DNA from: the human T2T-CHM13v2.0 reference genome, Homo sapiens
Length of the DNA: 64,000 bases
NCBI RefSeq assembly: GCF_009914755.1
Contig: NC_060926.1
Direction: 5' to 3' (one strand)
The position numbers were made by a program, and so were the translations under genes. Position 1 is the first letter of the stretch; every line of letters begins with the position of its first letter. The notes below the pieces were generated by a model, which saw only the letters and a list, made by a program, of their open reading frames with translations, made no database searches and had not been told where the DNA came from. Shown here piece after piece: positions 1 to 14,073 of the stretch.

Positions 1-1143
1 TACTTACGTATGGTTGGCAATCACTGTTTCTTCTATTTACTAATGTGATTTATAGATTTAGATTGTAAAGGGTCAGAAGAGAATATACTAACATGGGAAA
101 AAGCTTTGATTCAAGGCCATGGCCTGGAATTGGTTGTATACTTAGGCTTAAAAATCTGTGTGTTAACGCTCTTGTTCTTTTCTTCCAGTGCTGCCTTTCG
201 ATTTTCTTTTCATTATTTACTCACTAGGTTTTCGTCAACATGAATCTGATAATTAGATCTGTTGGTATTTTCTTAAGGTTAACTCCAGCAAAAGAAAGCA
301 GCATTCTACCCCATTTTAGCCAGATGTGCCAAATTCTATTAAAATAATAGTTGCCTTATTCCATCAGAAGGGATAGCAAAGTCCTTACAAGGGAAAGTCT
401 TAGAATAATTCATATCACCTAATTGTAATCTGTAAGTAGCCCTGGCCTAAGTAGTGAATTGAGTGTTTGTCTGTATTCTTGTGACTGGGCATACCACATA
501 ATTTTTTTTAATTGATTTTGAACTTTTAATTAATCATAATGAATCCAAGAAAATACATCTTTAAATAAAGAACTTGAAGTTTTGTATTCTGTAGAGTAGA
601 AAAGGTGTACATTTAATTTAGTATGTACTTATGGATACCAGTTTTGTACTTGACTCCAATTAGGTACTGGGGCAGAAATGAGGAACTGTGTAAAATTTTA
701 GATGTTATTAAGCAGTTTATTCAGTCTTATTGGGGAGAAAAATTATGCTCCCAAGACATTTAAAACAATTAGAAGACAACAAGTGGTTTTGTGATTGATT
801 TAACTTGTTTGGATATGCTGTAGGGGACAGAGATTTCTGTCTTGATTTCAGGCATGTATCACTCAGGCCAGCATCATCAATTTACCAATTTAATCATTAC
901 CAATTTGCCAATTTAATTATTTTAACTATTGTATTTGTAACAGTATGTGTTTAAAAATAAGTATAAATATGCATCCTGACATCAAAAGACTTTTATAGCC
1001 TAGTTAGACTAATGGAATGTCAGTTACTAAATGCACTAAGTCTGTCTTGACTAGAATGATGTGGGAGAGAAGACTTCATGGAGTAGGTTGAAGATGGGTC
1101 TTGAATTGAGGCTTTAGATATGCCTGTATAAAGAGGAGGAGGG

Positions 1144-1458
1144 GGCCGGGCACAGTGGCTCACTGCCTGTAATCCCAGCACTTTGGGAGGCCGAGACAGG
1201 TGGATCACCTGAGGTCAGGAGTTCAAGACCACCCTTACTGACATGGTGAAATCCTGTCTCTACTAAAAATACAAGAATTAGCCGGGTGTGGTCATGCGCA
1301 CCTGTAATTCCAGCTACTCAGGAGGCTGAGGCAGAGAATCGCTTGAACCCAGGAGGCAGAAGGTTGCAGTGAGCCGAGATCGCGCCGCTGCACTCCAGCC
1401 TGGGTGACAGAGCGAGACTCCATCTCAAAAAAAATAAAAAAAATAAAAAAAAAAAAAA
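1144..1458 (+). mobile_element. Alu (AluS-like)
   Basis: GGCCGGG start, dimeric body, A tail, AAGAGGAGG TSD. Confidence 0.92.
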
Positions 1459-3401
1459 GAAGAGGAGGGTTGGCGGCAACAACATACAGAGAGGCAGAGG
1501 TCCGGAGAGAAGACTACATTTCATTGTGGTAGGAGGCAGTTGGGAAAGAGTGATGAGCGTATTAGAAATAAGTACGAAAGGCTTTGAAGAGCTAGCCTAG
1601 GAGTTTAGACTTGAGGTGAGAGGCATTAGAAAGCTAAATAAGTTTGTTGATAAGTGAAGTGACATGTTGGAAGTATATTTTAGGGAGATCTGACTGAAGT
1701 ATGCAGGGTAAATAGAAATGAGATGATGTGGAGTAGGACTTCCACTTGGAAGCTTCTTTAATTGTTCAAGTATAAGATGGTAAAAACCTGGGTTAATAGG
1801 ATAAAAGTAAAAATTTGAGAGGAAAGGAAATCATTTAGTCATCATTAGAGCTCACCTAGATAGATTGCCATTAAAAAACAGACACACCTTTTAACAGCAC
1901 AACAGAATGGGGCTCATCTAAGTAATGAATTTTTCACTACTAAGTGACCAAATGATAGGGATTTGTGAAGATGGATTTCGATGGTACACACTGCCTCTCG
2001 TTTCTGTGATATATTTTGCAGCCTCGTAAGTGTTCCTGTGTGTGTATATATGACATAAATATGAAGCCAATAAATGTAAATTACCAATTGTAAACTTTTT
2101 CCTATTGAGTAAATCTGACAATATGTATATTCCCCACCTTCGAGTCTTTGAAACTATAGCTGTGAAGATGTACTTTGAGAACGTGAAATGTATTTGCTTG
2201 TTAAATTGGGGTTCAGATTTTAAAGGAGAAACTTCCCTTGGTTTAGGAGCTGTGTCATAATGACTGAAATAATTCAGTTTGAGAAAGTACCGACAATAAA
2301 AAATTGTTGAGAATAGTGAGTGAGCCCTGATACGAGTAGTTATATATTTTCAGTTTCATTCTGAGCCTGCCTAATTCTGTGCAGTCCTTGCAGCATCTCC
2401 TGCTAGTAGGTAATTATCACTTTTTCTCTGGGGAGGCAGTGCTGCTTTTGGACTATAATGTGGAAACTATTACTAGAGAGTCTAGAAGTTGGGGTGGGAT
2501 GGGTGTGTTTACTGAGCTTAAAGCAAGTAATGTCAATTTGTGAAGCAAGCCTAAGAATGTGTGTATGTGTGTTGAACTGAGAAGAGTATATCTTAAATAG
2601 GGCAGCCATCATCTTCAGGTGATAGTTGCTGTAAGAATGATATCCTGTATTACTGTATCTTCCTATTTTTTCAAGAAAAGCTGGAAATCTGGACTTGCGG
2701 GTAAAAATCTCTGGATTATTAAATGTTGGCAACGTATTCAGATAAAACACTTTATGGTTCAAATAAATCATGCCCAACCCACTGCCTGCACCAGTGTGTC
2801 TGTTTGATGTAAACAGTGTCCAATTAATATTAAAAATATGGGTTTTAGTACTACTAGAGACTCTTCTTCTAGCTTTCTATTTGTATTATTAAACAGGATG
2901 TACAAACATTTCTTTTTTGTAGTCCACAATCAGTTCCATGGCTTAATGAAATAGTTTAGGATTTGTCATACCTTGTTGCTGAGTTTAAATTGATGCTGAG
3001 CATTGCAAATCAGTGTACCTTCTTTCAGATAGTTCTTGCCAAGGCAGAATCCAAAATTATTGTCAACCGTGGTTTTAACTGTGGAAACTTCTAATGACCT
3101 AAACTAAAATGTATTTCAAATGGAAACAAATAATAACATTTTCCTTAAGCAAAGTGTTGAAATACGAAGTTATTTAGTAAGTTTTCTGCCTTTCCAAATG
3201 CTGGAGGAACAGTAAAACATTGAGTAACATACATATTGCTTTTAACTAATTGTTTCACCTTGGAAACTGTATCTTTGTAAACTGTATTGGCTTTTTTTTT
3301 TTTTTTAACCAGATGTATCTTCCAGAGTTATTTATGGGTACACATTGTAATTTTAGGACAGATTTATTTGTAAATGAAGTAATGTATAAGAAAGCATTTT
3401 G

Positions 3402-3735
<334 letters not shown>

Positions 3736-3788
3736 TCAAAGCTCTATATGTAAGGGATATTGTATCTTTGAAATGTTGTTACTTTTAA

Positions 3789-4203
<415 letters not shown>

Positions 4204-4666
4204 GCATTTTTTGATTGTTGATGTTGTTAGCGTGAATTTTAGAGGTATTTGTCATTGAAATATTGTATTTTGAAGATGCTGTTTCACAGATACCGTTTTA
4301 CTTATAGATTTTTTGGTGTTTTCTGGTGTGTTGTTTTTATATTTGCAGTAAGTTTTTTCTGATCCATGCTTTTATTTTCTCCAAGTTTATATATTGATTT
4401 CAAAATGAGCATCCACGGGTATGATTTTGAAAATGTTTTCTGTACTAAAATATTTTCAAATGGGATCAGTGAGGTATGGTATTAAGTGCATTTGTTTCAA
4501 GGCCTTTAATTTTTGTTTGTGAAAATTTTACTGAGCAGCCAAATGCTATTTATGAGTACGTTTGTTTAATTTTTGAACAAAATATTATTTGTCTTTTTTA
4601 AAAGCCTAATTCATTAGTCAACATGAGGAATATTCTAATTTCAACACTTTTCTCCTTTTACAATAG

Positions 4667-4728
4667 GATTGGATTCAGCATCAAAATACATCTACTCATA
4701 TTGAGAGCTGTCGACAGTTACGTCAACA
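4667..4728 (+). CDS. ZNF638: ZNF638 coding exon (DWIQHQNTSTHIESCRQLRQQ; end of matrin-type Zn finger)
   Basis: tag|GAT acceptor and CA|gtaag donor; 62 nt, phase 0-2; peptide recognised as NP220/ZNF638 and continues in frame into the next exon. Confidence 0.93.
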
Positions 4729-5467
4729 GTAAGAATATATTTTTCCTTTATTATAGATAGCATATTTACAAAATAGTTAATGTTCAGATGTGACTGTTAA
4801 ATACCTTTAGTATAATACTTTGGAGAAAAATATTTTTGGAAAGCTATTGTCTTTTAAAAATATTAGTTTTCTGGAAGTATATTTAATATTTTTCCAAAAT
4901 GGTAGAATTCAGTATATCCTTTGACACTTTTCTAACTTAATTCCCAGTAGGTAAACTTTTTATGTCATTAGTTCATTCTTTGCTGGCTTACCTTCCCCAG
5001 GATCTTTTATCTATATCAGAGCAGGTATCCTTTCTTCTCCTATCTCCACCTCTTCCCATAGGACAAGTAACTGAAAATCAGTGCAAACCAAACACCAGTA
5101 TTTAATTTTGGACCTAAAGCTCTTCTCTGACTTAGAACCAGTTTTCAGAATATACCTTAAGTAAGGGATGGACAAGCTAGATGTCTTGCTTCCTTAACCT
5201 TGGCTCTTCAATTCTTCCCCCTTTTTCTTCTTAAAGACAGGGCACCTGTGAAGTTTTCCCTACTGGCCATAGAGGTGAAAAAGTGTGATTTTAACACTAT
5301 GTTCCTGTATCTCTTGGAGTAACATCAAATTAAACTCTGTCTTCCCTAGTACCATTAAACAGTTCCTAGCCACTAGACTGAGAGTAACGTGTTATTGGGC
5401 AAATGGATTTGAGATTATTATTGAGAATCCTTTTGGTTGTAAGTGGTTAAAGTTGCAGATTAGTTGC

Positions 5468-5740
5468 TGGCTCATGACTGTAATCTGAGCACTTTGGAAG
5501 GCTGAGACAGGTAGGCTTGCTTGAGCTCAGGAGTTCAGCCTGGCCAACACAGCAAGATCTTGTCTCTACCAAAATAAAAATAAAAAAATCAGCCAGGCAT
5601 GGTAGTACACATCTGTAGTTATAATATTTGGGAGGCTGAGGTGGTAGCATCACTTGAGTGCAGGAGATAGAAGCTTCAGTGAGCCATGATTGTGCCACTG
5701 CACTCTAGCCTGGGCGACAGCCTGTTTCAAAAAAAAAAAA
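5468..5740 (+). mobile_element. Alu (AluJ-like)
   Basis: Diverged dimer with A tail. Confidence 0.85.
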
Positions 5741-6760
5741 ATTTTTTTTTTTTTAAGTAAGAATTTGTAAGCTCACTTAACTGGGAAGCTTAAATGAGGT
5801 TGGTGGTTCTATTAATAAGTTTCAGGAGCAGCTGTATTGGATGCTCAAATAAAAATTGGTGTCAGAAATACTTCTTTCTTAGCTGTTGTCTTTTGCATTG
5901 GCCTTATGAAATCTTGGACACACTTCTTTCACATAGCAAAATGGACCCCACGGTTCTGGATGTAAGTGATCTGTATAGCTGGCATTTCTAGGAGTTTTTT
6001 TGTTGTTGTTTTTGTTTTTCTTATCCCACCCCTCACTCTATGACACAGCCTCGGGAGGTTCTGAGAATATATGCCTCTCCCATCTGACCTTTTTCCTTTA
6101 AAGCACTTCTTTCTCCATAACTCTGGCAGAAGTCCTTGTTTTGACTCTTTTGGTTCAATTTTGGTTAGTTGTCCATCCCTAAACACATTATAGTGGCTGT
6201 GGGAATAGGGTAGTCCATCTCGGTTTGTGTCATATGTCTGCTCCGGGTGTTGAGAGTGAGATAAGTGTCACCTGGATCTTTTGCACTAAGACTGGAAATT
6301 GGAGTTACTATCCTATATAGATGCTGTAAAGACAAACATAGGTTATCATGGGGAGATAATTTGTTACCTGAATTAGATACGCCTTACTGCCACTGTAAGG
6401 AATACAGTCGAAAATCGAAAATCTCTCCTAAGCAACATTTTCCCAGAGGTACCCAGTGGGATGTCTTAATTCTTATGAAGGTGAATTTTTAGTTGGATGG
6501 GGGTGAGTTACTTATTTTAGAGAGTCATTCATGCTAGTAAGAGGATTATAGCTACGTTAATTTACTTGAGCAAACAGCATGTATATATCTATTAAAGCCT
6601 TTAGTGTAGGTAAGCCTATTATTTTTTTCATACATGTAGGACCCTGATTTAAAGCATTTGCTTTCCATGCCTGCTACTTTAATGTTCTACTCTATTTTTT
6701 AACCATATCCAGTGTATTTTGGTTCTCCACAGAGATGAATAGGGGAGATATATATAAATA

Positions 6761-8078
6761 CAAGCGTACCTCCTTTTATTGCACTTCGATTTATTGTACT
6801 TCCCATAATTTGCCTTTTTTACAAATTGAAAGATTGTGGGAACCCTGTGTCAAGCAAGTCTACTGGTGCCATTTTTCTTTTTGTTTTTTTCTTTTTGACT
6901 TAAACTGGGAGAGAATAAATTTCTATTTAGAGTCCAGAAGTCTGAAATCATGGTGTTAGTTGGGCCACCATTCCCTTCCGAGGCTCTGGGGGAAAATCTG
7001 TTCCATGCTTCTCTCCTAGTTTCTAGTGACTGGGGACAATCATTGACATTCCTTGGCTTGTAGCCTATCATTCCTATCTCTGCTACTGTCTTCACACCAC
7101 CTTCTCTTCCCTTAAACCTCCCTATGCCCTGCTATTAGAAAGACACTGGCTATTGGATCTAGGGCCCATTGGATAATTCAGGATGATTTCATCTCAAGAA
7201 TTTTAGTTTGATTACATCTGCAAAGATCCTTTTCCAAATCGGGTAACATTCACAAGTTCCAGGGATTGGAACATATATATGTATGTATCTTTTGGGGAGC
7301 ACCATTCAAGAATCCATTTTAATCAGTTTCCCCTAATACCAAATCGCTCTCTCGTCTGGGCCTTGAGCAGTGCTTTTGCTGCCAAAAGCAATCAAGAGCT
7401 GAAGCTGAAAATGAACAGTGTGTGTATTAGCACCTGTATGCTGGTAAGAACTGCAACTGGATATATCCTTCGATCTGGCATCCTCTGGGTCAGTTTCCAC
7501 TTTTTCCTATTGTGGGGCTTAAGGGTTCTTTCGTTACACAGGTAACTGTGGTTTGAAATTTAAAATAACAGTATGTCTTTCCTAATTCTCCAGGCTGTGT
7601 CTCCTAACCAGGCCTCATGATGCCTTCACAGTTTCTTACCTTCTGCACATTTTTCTTCACCTGGCCTCACTCTGATCACAATGGCAGATCCAGGGCCTCC
7701 CTCTTCCCTTGTCTCTACTGGGTCAGTCAGGACTCTTTCCTATCGGTGCCATTTTTCTAACAGCATGTGCTCACTTTGTGTCCCTGAGTCACACTCATAG
7801 TATTTCAAATTTTTGCATTATTACTATACCTGTTAATGGCAATCTGTGATCAGTGATCTTTGATTTTGACTTGCTGAGGGCTCATGATCAGTATTTTTTA
7901 GCAATAAAGTACTTTTTAATTAATACATGTTCATTTTTAAAAACATGCTATTGTACAGTTAATAGACTGGCATAGTCTAAACATAACTTTTATTTGCACT
8001 GGGAAACCAAAAAACTTATGTGACTCGCTTAGTGTGATGTTCTAGAACTGAATCTACAGTATCTCTGAGGTATGCCTA
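6761..8078 (+). mobile_element. Internally deleted Tigger1, interrupted by an 861-bp insert
   Basis: CAAGCGTACCTC...GAGGTATGCCTA TIRs; the Tigger1 5' sequence resumes at 7740 after a duplicated target. Confidence 0.85.
6879..7739 (-). other. L1-mediated retrocopy of an RNA ending in an MLT1 LTR (MLT1 part ~6900-7285)
   Basis: 19-bp TSD (6860-78/7740-58), T-tract at 6879-97, TT/AGAA endonuclease-like site. Confidence 0.72.
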
Positions 8079-9978
8079 TGTATCGATATATGACAGGGGA
8101 TTTACTAGGGGAATTGGCTTACACAATTATGGAGGCGGAGAAGTCCCACAATATGCTGTCTGTGTGTTGAAGACTCTGGGTTTCTGGTAGTGTGGCTCAG
8201 TCCAAATTCAAAAGCTTCCAAACCAAGGAAGCTGATAGCATAATTCTCAGTCTGAGGCAAAAGGCCCTATAGCCCCAGGAGCCTGCTGATGCAAGTTGCA
8301 TAAGACTTGGAGTTCTGATGTCCAAGAACAAGGAGGAGAAGGGCATCCCGCTCTGAGGGAAGGAGGGGTGGAGAGAGGGAATTCCACCTTCTTCCATCTA
8401 TTTGTACCATCTGGGCTCCCAGCCTATGGCGTGATGCCCGCCCACATTGAGGGCAGATCTTCCTTACTCAGCCCACTGACTCACAGACTAATCTTCACTG
8501 GAAACACTCTCACAGACATGCCAAGAAACAATGCCTCACCAACCATCTAAGCATCCCTCAATCTAGTCAAGTTGACACCCAAAATTAACCATCACATTCA
8601 GGTTGTATGCACTTGAATAATTGCTTCATAACTTTCTCTCCACTGCAAAATAATTTAATAAATAGATTTGGTTAGGTGCTTGGGATCTGCATTCTTTATT
8701 CTTTTAAGCTGTGTTATAGGGATATACCTTCTTTCTACTCATTCCTCCATTGATGTATATTTAGATTTTTCTTTTCTTGTGGCTTATTCTCTCTGGCTTT
8801 ATTGGCTCTTTCTGGATTATGATACAAGAGTAGTTGAGGAAAGATAACAGTGCATCAGAATTTTAATATTAAAAATAGGTAATTATGCTGTGTTTATTGT
8901 GTGCTGGGCATTCTTAGTGCTTTACATAATTGATTTAGTCTTCAAAACCATCTACGAGGTGTTAAGTATAAGGATTATTCCAGACTTTATCAATGAGAGA
9001 AGTGAGGCACAGAGACAATTTCCCTACCATCATGCAGCACATAGTTAAATGGAACTAGTTTAGCTCATGGGCCTTTATCATCCCTTCTACTTTTTTATGG
9101 CTTAAAAAATTTTCAGAATAAAATATTGAAGAGAAAAAGGAAGAAAAACATTTATATGTTCTTCATCTATATTCACCATTTGTTAATATTTGCTTTATTA
9201 TATCTTCATACATTTTTTTCTGAACTATTTGAAAATAAATTGCAGACATTATGGGACATCATTTCTAAATTCAGCATGTATCTCCGAAGTATTAGGATGT
9301 TCTGCATAACCACAATACAACACATTTAAGGAAATTAACAATAATTCCACAGTTCCTTCTAATATATAAGCCAAATTCATATTTTCCCATTTCTTTCCAG
9401 AATGCCTTTTATAATTCTTCTTGTTTGCCCCATCCATACCCTCAATCCAGTATTCAGTTAAGATTTATGCATTACAGTCTCTTTTAATCTAGAATAGCCT
9501 ACTCTTTGTTTCGTTTGTTTTTTGTTTTGTTTGTCTTTTTTTTTTGTTTGAGAAGGATGTTTTTGTGGTGTTGATTTTTTCCTTGAAATGTCTGGGAAAC
9601 TTGTTGAATGTCCCACTTTCTATAGTTTTCTATTTGTTTCCTTAGCATTAAATTCACTGAGAACATTTTTGTTGCAAATGCTTCGTTGGTGATGTGTATT
9701 TATTGCATCACATTGGGACAAAGATAATATCAGTTAACTAGGTCCTTGCTCTTAATAGTTAATGTTATACCACCTTTGTTGGGAGCGTTATTGCTTCTGA
9801 AGCACATTTTTGACTAGTTGGGCAGTATAGAGGTGTTTCCAAATTCTGCTTGCAGAATGTATACATGCTTTATCTTTCTGCTCTGGGCAGCAGAGATGAG
9901 AACATGTGTTACCTAGTGAACAGGTCTGAACTTGGTGAACCTGAACCTAATGAAGATCAACAATATTATTTATTGCTA

Positions 9979-10200
9979 TCTCAGCTCACTGCAACCTCCA
10001 CCTCCTGGGTTCAAGTGATCCTCCCACCTCAGCCTCCTGAGTAGCTAGGACCACTGGTGAGTGCCACCACGCTCAGCTAATTTTTTGTATTTTTGGTAGA
10101 GACAGGGTTGCCAAAGCTGGTCTCAAACTCCTGAGCTCAAGCGATCTGCCTACCTCAACCTCCCGAAGTGTTGGGATTACAGGCATGAGCCACCATGCTC
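9979..10200 (-). mobile_element. Partial Alu (AluJ-like)
   Basis: Alu body lacking the tail end. Confidence 0.85.
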
Positions 10201-12103
10201 CACCATTATTACCAGCTCTTGAATATTAGTCTTCAAGCTCTTGTGAACCATAAACTAGAGACCTCCTGGAAATTTAATAACTTTGATGTGTTGTTAATCA
10301 CCTTCATTTCCAGCATATACATGTGAGAAAGCTAAGGCTTACACATTCTAAGTAACTGGCTTTAAGTTTCTTAGCCATTAAATGACAGCACCTATAGTGA
10401 AACCCAGTTTTGTTTGATGATTAAAGATTTGCTTTGAATCACTGTAAGACTAGGAATTTATCCTCCTGGGTGGTACAGAGCAATGAAAGTTTTAAAAAGT
10501 GTGGAAATAGATGAAACAAAATTATCCATATATTGGGAATTGTTGACACTAGATGATGGGTATGTTGGATTAAAGTTAACTTTTTTGTCTTCACAGTTTG
10601 TCCTCTCATAATTAAAAGATGCTCCAGACAATATATCTATTCTCAAAGTAAGAAGAATGAGGCAGACGCTTTCTCAGATGTCTGTCAGGGGTTTTGTACC
10701 TGTATCTCATTGGTTAGAACTTACCACTGGCTGTCTTCTAGAGATAGTGGGAAAGCAAATATTTAGCTTTTTTTTGCCATTGTAATAAAGGCAAACAAGG
10801 GAAAAGGGAATTGAGAATTGCTGTGGGGTTAGCTCATTAACAATGTCTGAGGCAAATAGCAACCAAGACAAACCACTTTAATAAGGTTCGACCTAACGTT
10901 ATTTTCCTGCTAGGTGATTTGTCAGAAGTTTGCTGCCTCCATTTCCTTACCTGGCTTTCATCTTGCTGCTGAAATTTTATTCTTAAATGTAGTGATTTAT
11001 TTATTTAATATAATCAGCATGTCCAGATGCCTCTTAGAGTTCAGATTTTCTAGAAGTTGAGAGTGAAGATACAGCCTTTTTCTTAGGCTTCTATGATATT
11101 ACTGTTTCTCCTACTAGTTTTTCCGTGATTGCTTCTTAATCTTTTATTATTTTTTTTCTTTGCTTTACTCTAAAGTTGTCGATGTGCCTAAGATTCTGTC
11201 CTCGGCTCTCTTTTTTCCTATAAACTTCATCTTGTGTTAGTCTCACTCTTAGGGCTATAATTGCGGCTTCTACATGCCTGATTTCTAAATATCTCAGCTC
11301 TCATCTTTTCCCCTAATTCCAGATATTCCTTTACACTTATTCTGAAAACATTCCTGTTATCTTCTCTTACAAATGTTCGTTAAGTTCCCATTGTTTTTTT
11401 CCTGTGTGTAACCTCATTACCTGATTTTAAGGCTCTTCGTAATTTGTCTCTACCTGAAACAACAGACAGCCTGTCCAAGTTTCCCCCTTTATAATTCCTT
11501 TTCATCATGTCTATGCTGTAGCCAGACCACTTCCTGGAACAAAACACCGATGTTTTGCCTCCAATCTTAGTTTACATATTGCCACTGCATGAAATCTAAC
11601 CTGATCCATTCCTATTAATAGATCTTTGTAAGGGCTACTTGAAAAGCAACCCTTTCTATGAGTTCTCTCCTGATTCCTCTCACTGGACATATCTTTATGA
11701 GGACTACTTGGGGCAAGTTAAGGGGCACCATTCGTGTTGTATTCTGTGAGTTGCCATATGGAATATGATAGGAGTGGTGTTCCCTAGAGTTCTGTAAAGT
11801 AGATGAACTGTCTTCTCTCTTTTAACCCTTAACCTAAGCTCGTATCTTGTACCTCTTAACACTTCTGTGCATATGCTGGCCGGTTTACTTAAATGAAAGT
11901 TTAGGCCTTTAAAGTATGGGGAGTGTGTTTCCCTGATACACCTATTAGCATAATACTTTGATTATTTATTGAATTAAACTCTCAAAATATTTTATTTCCA
12001 ATAAAAGTTGTGAAAAGTCCTTTTGATATATTACAGGTAAAGATTAATTGAGCCTTACAGTCTGATTTTAGCTGTTAGTTAATATTGTTTATTTTCAAAA
12101 TAG

Positions 12104-12142
12104 GTATCCTGATTGGAATCCTGAGATCCTCCCATCGAGAAG
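12104..12142 (+). CDS. ZNF638: ZNF638 coding exon (YPDWNPEILPSR)
   Basis: tag|G and AG|gtaat; 39 nt, phase 2-2; YP(D/E)WNP motif shared with matrin-3. Confidence 0.93.
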
Positions 12143-12902
12143 GTAATTTTTAAAAATAGTAATATTATTAAAACCTGATTGTCTTTTAAAAGTAAACAGT
12201 TAATTTTAAGAAAGTGATTCTTTTGAGTTCTACTTCTGCCATTTAAACAACAGGCAAATGCAAAAACCTCTATGAATCTTTAACTTATTCCAGCTTAAAG
12301 GTGACACAGCCCCTCCCCTGATCTACTTTCTTTAGCCTGTTCTGAAAATACTTTATTCTGACATTATTATTTTATGTTTATGACATCTTCTCTTGTAAGC
12401 CTTGAATGCTAGGAGTGATATTATTAAGTCCTGTATCCCCTAGGGGATTCTCCTCAGGTTATGTGTGTACACACACGTACACACACATAGAGAAATCAAA
12501 GTCATATTTATAGATGGCATAATCTTTCAGGAAAAAATTATTGAAAACATCTGTTTACGTAAATCATTTCCTAAATTCTTTACATAATTTAATACTTTAA
12601 AAACATAATTGGAATAATGTTGGTACAGGAAAAACCAGAGAAATTCATTATCGTATTCTTCTGTAAACTAGAAAACAGACATCCAAGCAATTGGAGGGCT
12701 GATAAACTGTTCTGATTGTTTCTTATTTACGTATAAGGCTGAATTACATCATAACAAACAGATTTTTGTTTTAAGTACATATGTTTTATGAGAGTTTGGT
12801 ATTGTTAACAGTCTGTTTTTAACAAGGTACTTCTGTCATTTATTATCATTTAAATTTACATTAAATTGCTGATCACTTTCTTTTCCGCCCCCCTGCTTGT
12901 AG

Positions 12903-13201
12903 AAATGAGGGCAATAGAAAAGAAAATGAAACTCCACGAAGACGTTCTCATTCCCCCAGTCCTAGGCGTTCTAGAAGATCAAGCTCAAGTCACAGATTCC
13001 GTCGGTCTCGAAGCCCAATGCATTACATGTATAGGCCGAGAAGTCGAAGTCCAAGAATTTGCCATCGTTTCATTTCTAGATACAGATCCAGATCCAGATC
13101 CCGTTCACCATATCGAATTAGAAATCCATTTAGAGGTAGTCCAAAATGCTTTCGATCAGTTAGCCCTGAGAGGATGTCAAGGAGATCAGTGAGATCATCA
13201 G
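12903..13201 (+). CDS. ZNF638: ZNF638 coding exon, Arg/Ser-rich domain
   Basis: tag|A and G|gtaca; 299 nt; [29 protein letters not shown]...[10 protein letters not shown]...RSVRSS, overlaps ORF 13018-13224. Confidence 0.95.
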
Positions 13202-14019
13202 GTACACTGATGGCCATGAAATAGTGAATGTACTTATTTTGACTAAATTTTTAAATGTCTTTCTTTTTGGATTTTGAGAAATGTTCTACTTTATTAAATT
13301 TTAGAGTTGATAAATGAAATCTGACCCACATGCCACAGAGTTATTCCCTCTGGTAACTTGGCAAAGAAATGTGTGTGAATGTATGTGTCCATCAACATCA
13401 TATTTAAAAACCAAGGATGGTAAAAATGTCTTAGTTTGCTTTAATAATTGATTATAGAATTCCATGGATTAATTTAAAATGTTTTTGAGATTATTTTTTT
13501 TAACCTGTGACTTAATGTTGATTTTATGACCCTTTCAGAACTAGCTCACACATGCATGCCCACATACACAAACACACACCTTCTTCTACAATGAAAGAAA
13601 CCATAGTTAATATCTGAGAAGTACTTTGACACTCCCACTGTTTCACTTGACTAGCCTGAAAAATTCAAAAATAGTACTTTGCACAGGTCTTATTGTGTCT
13701 AGTATAGTCTAAAATGCTGAATTCAAATGGAGATACCTTTAATTATATAAGGCATTCCTTCTTAAAGTATGGCCCAAGGATCGATTGGGGTCCTCAAGAT
13801 CTTTTAAGAGTTCTATGAGATCTCTTTTCTAATTACATGCCTCCATGAGGCTGGATTTTCTTTATCCAGAAGCAGATATAAGAATTTAGGTTCTTCTTTT
13901 AAGCTCAACATTAAAATGTGTGGAAGAAGGTACTATAGTGCTACACATTTCACTAATTTTGTTTTGGGAATTACAGTTGGTTTTTATAAAAATATTTATG
14001 TTAATATGGGAATTTACTT

Positions 14020-14073
14020 TTTTTGCCATTACTTTCAGTGGCAAAAACTGCAGTTACTTTTGCACCAACCTAA
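14020..14073. mobile_element. MADE1 (Hsmar1 MITE), one end truncated
   Basis: TTTTGCCATTACTTTCAGTGGCAAAAACTGCAGTTACTTTTGCACCAACCTAA. Confidence 0.85.

Larger units (their letters stand above)
6713..8596 (-). mobile_element. MLT2B-type (ERV-L) solo LTR, interrupted by Tigger1
   Basis: TGTATT...GGTTCTCC start, GAGAAGTCCCAC body, AAATTAACCATCACA end; 5-bp TSD TCCAG/TTCAG. Confidence 0.8.

Noticed and set aside
12866-13217. Overlapping alternate-frame and antisense ORFs over the RS exon
   Set aside because: By-products of low-complexity RS codons
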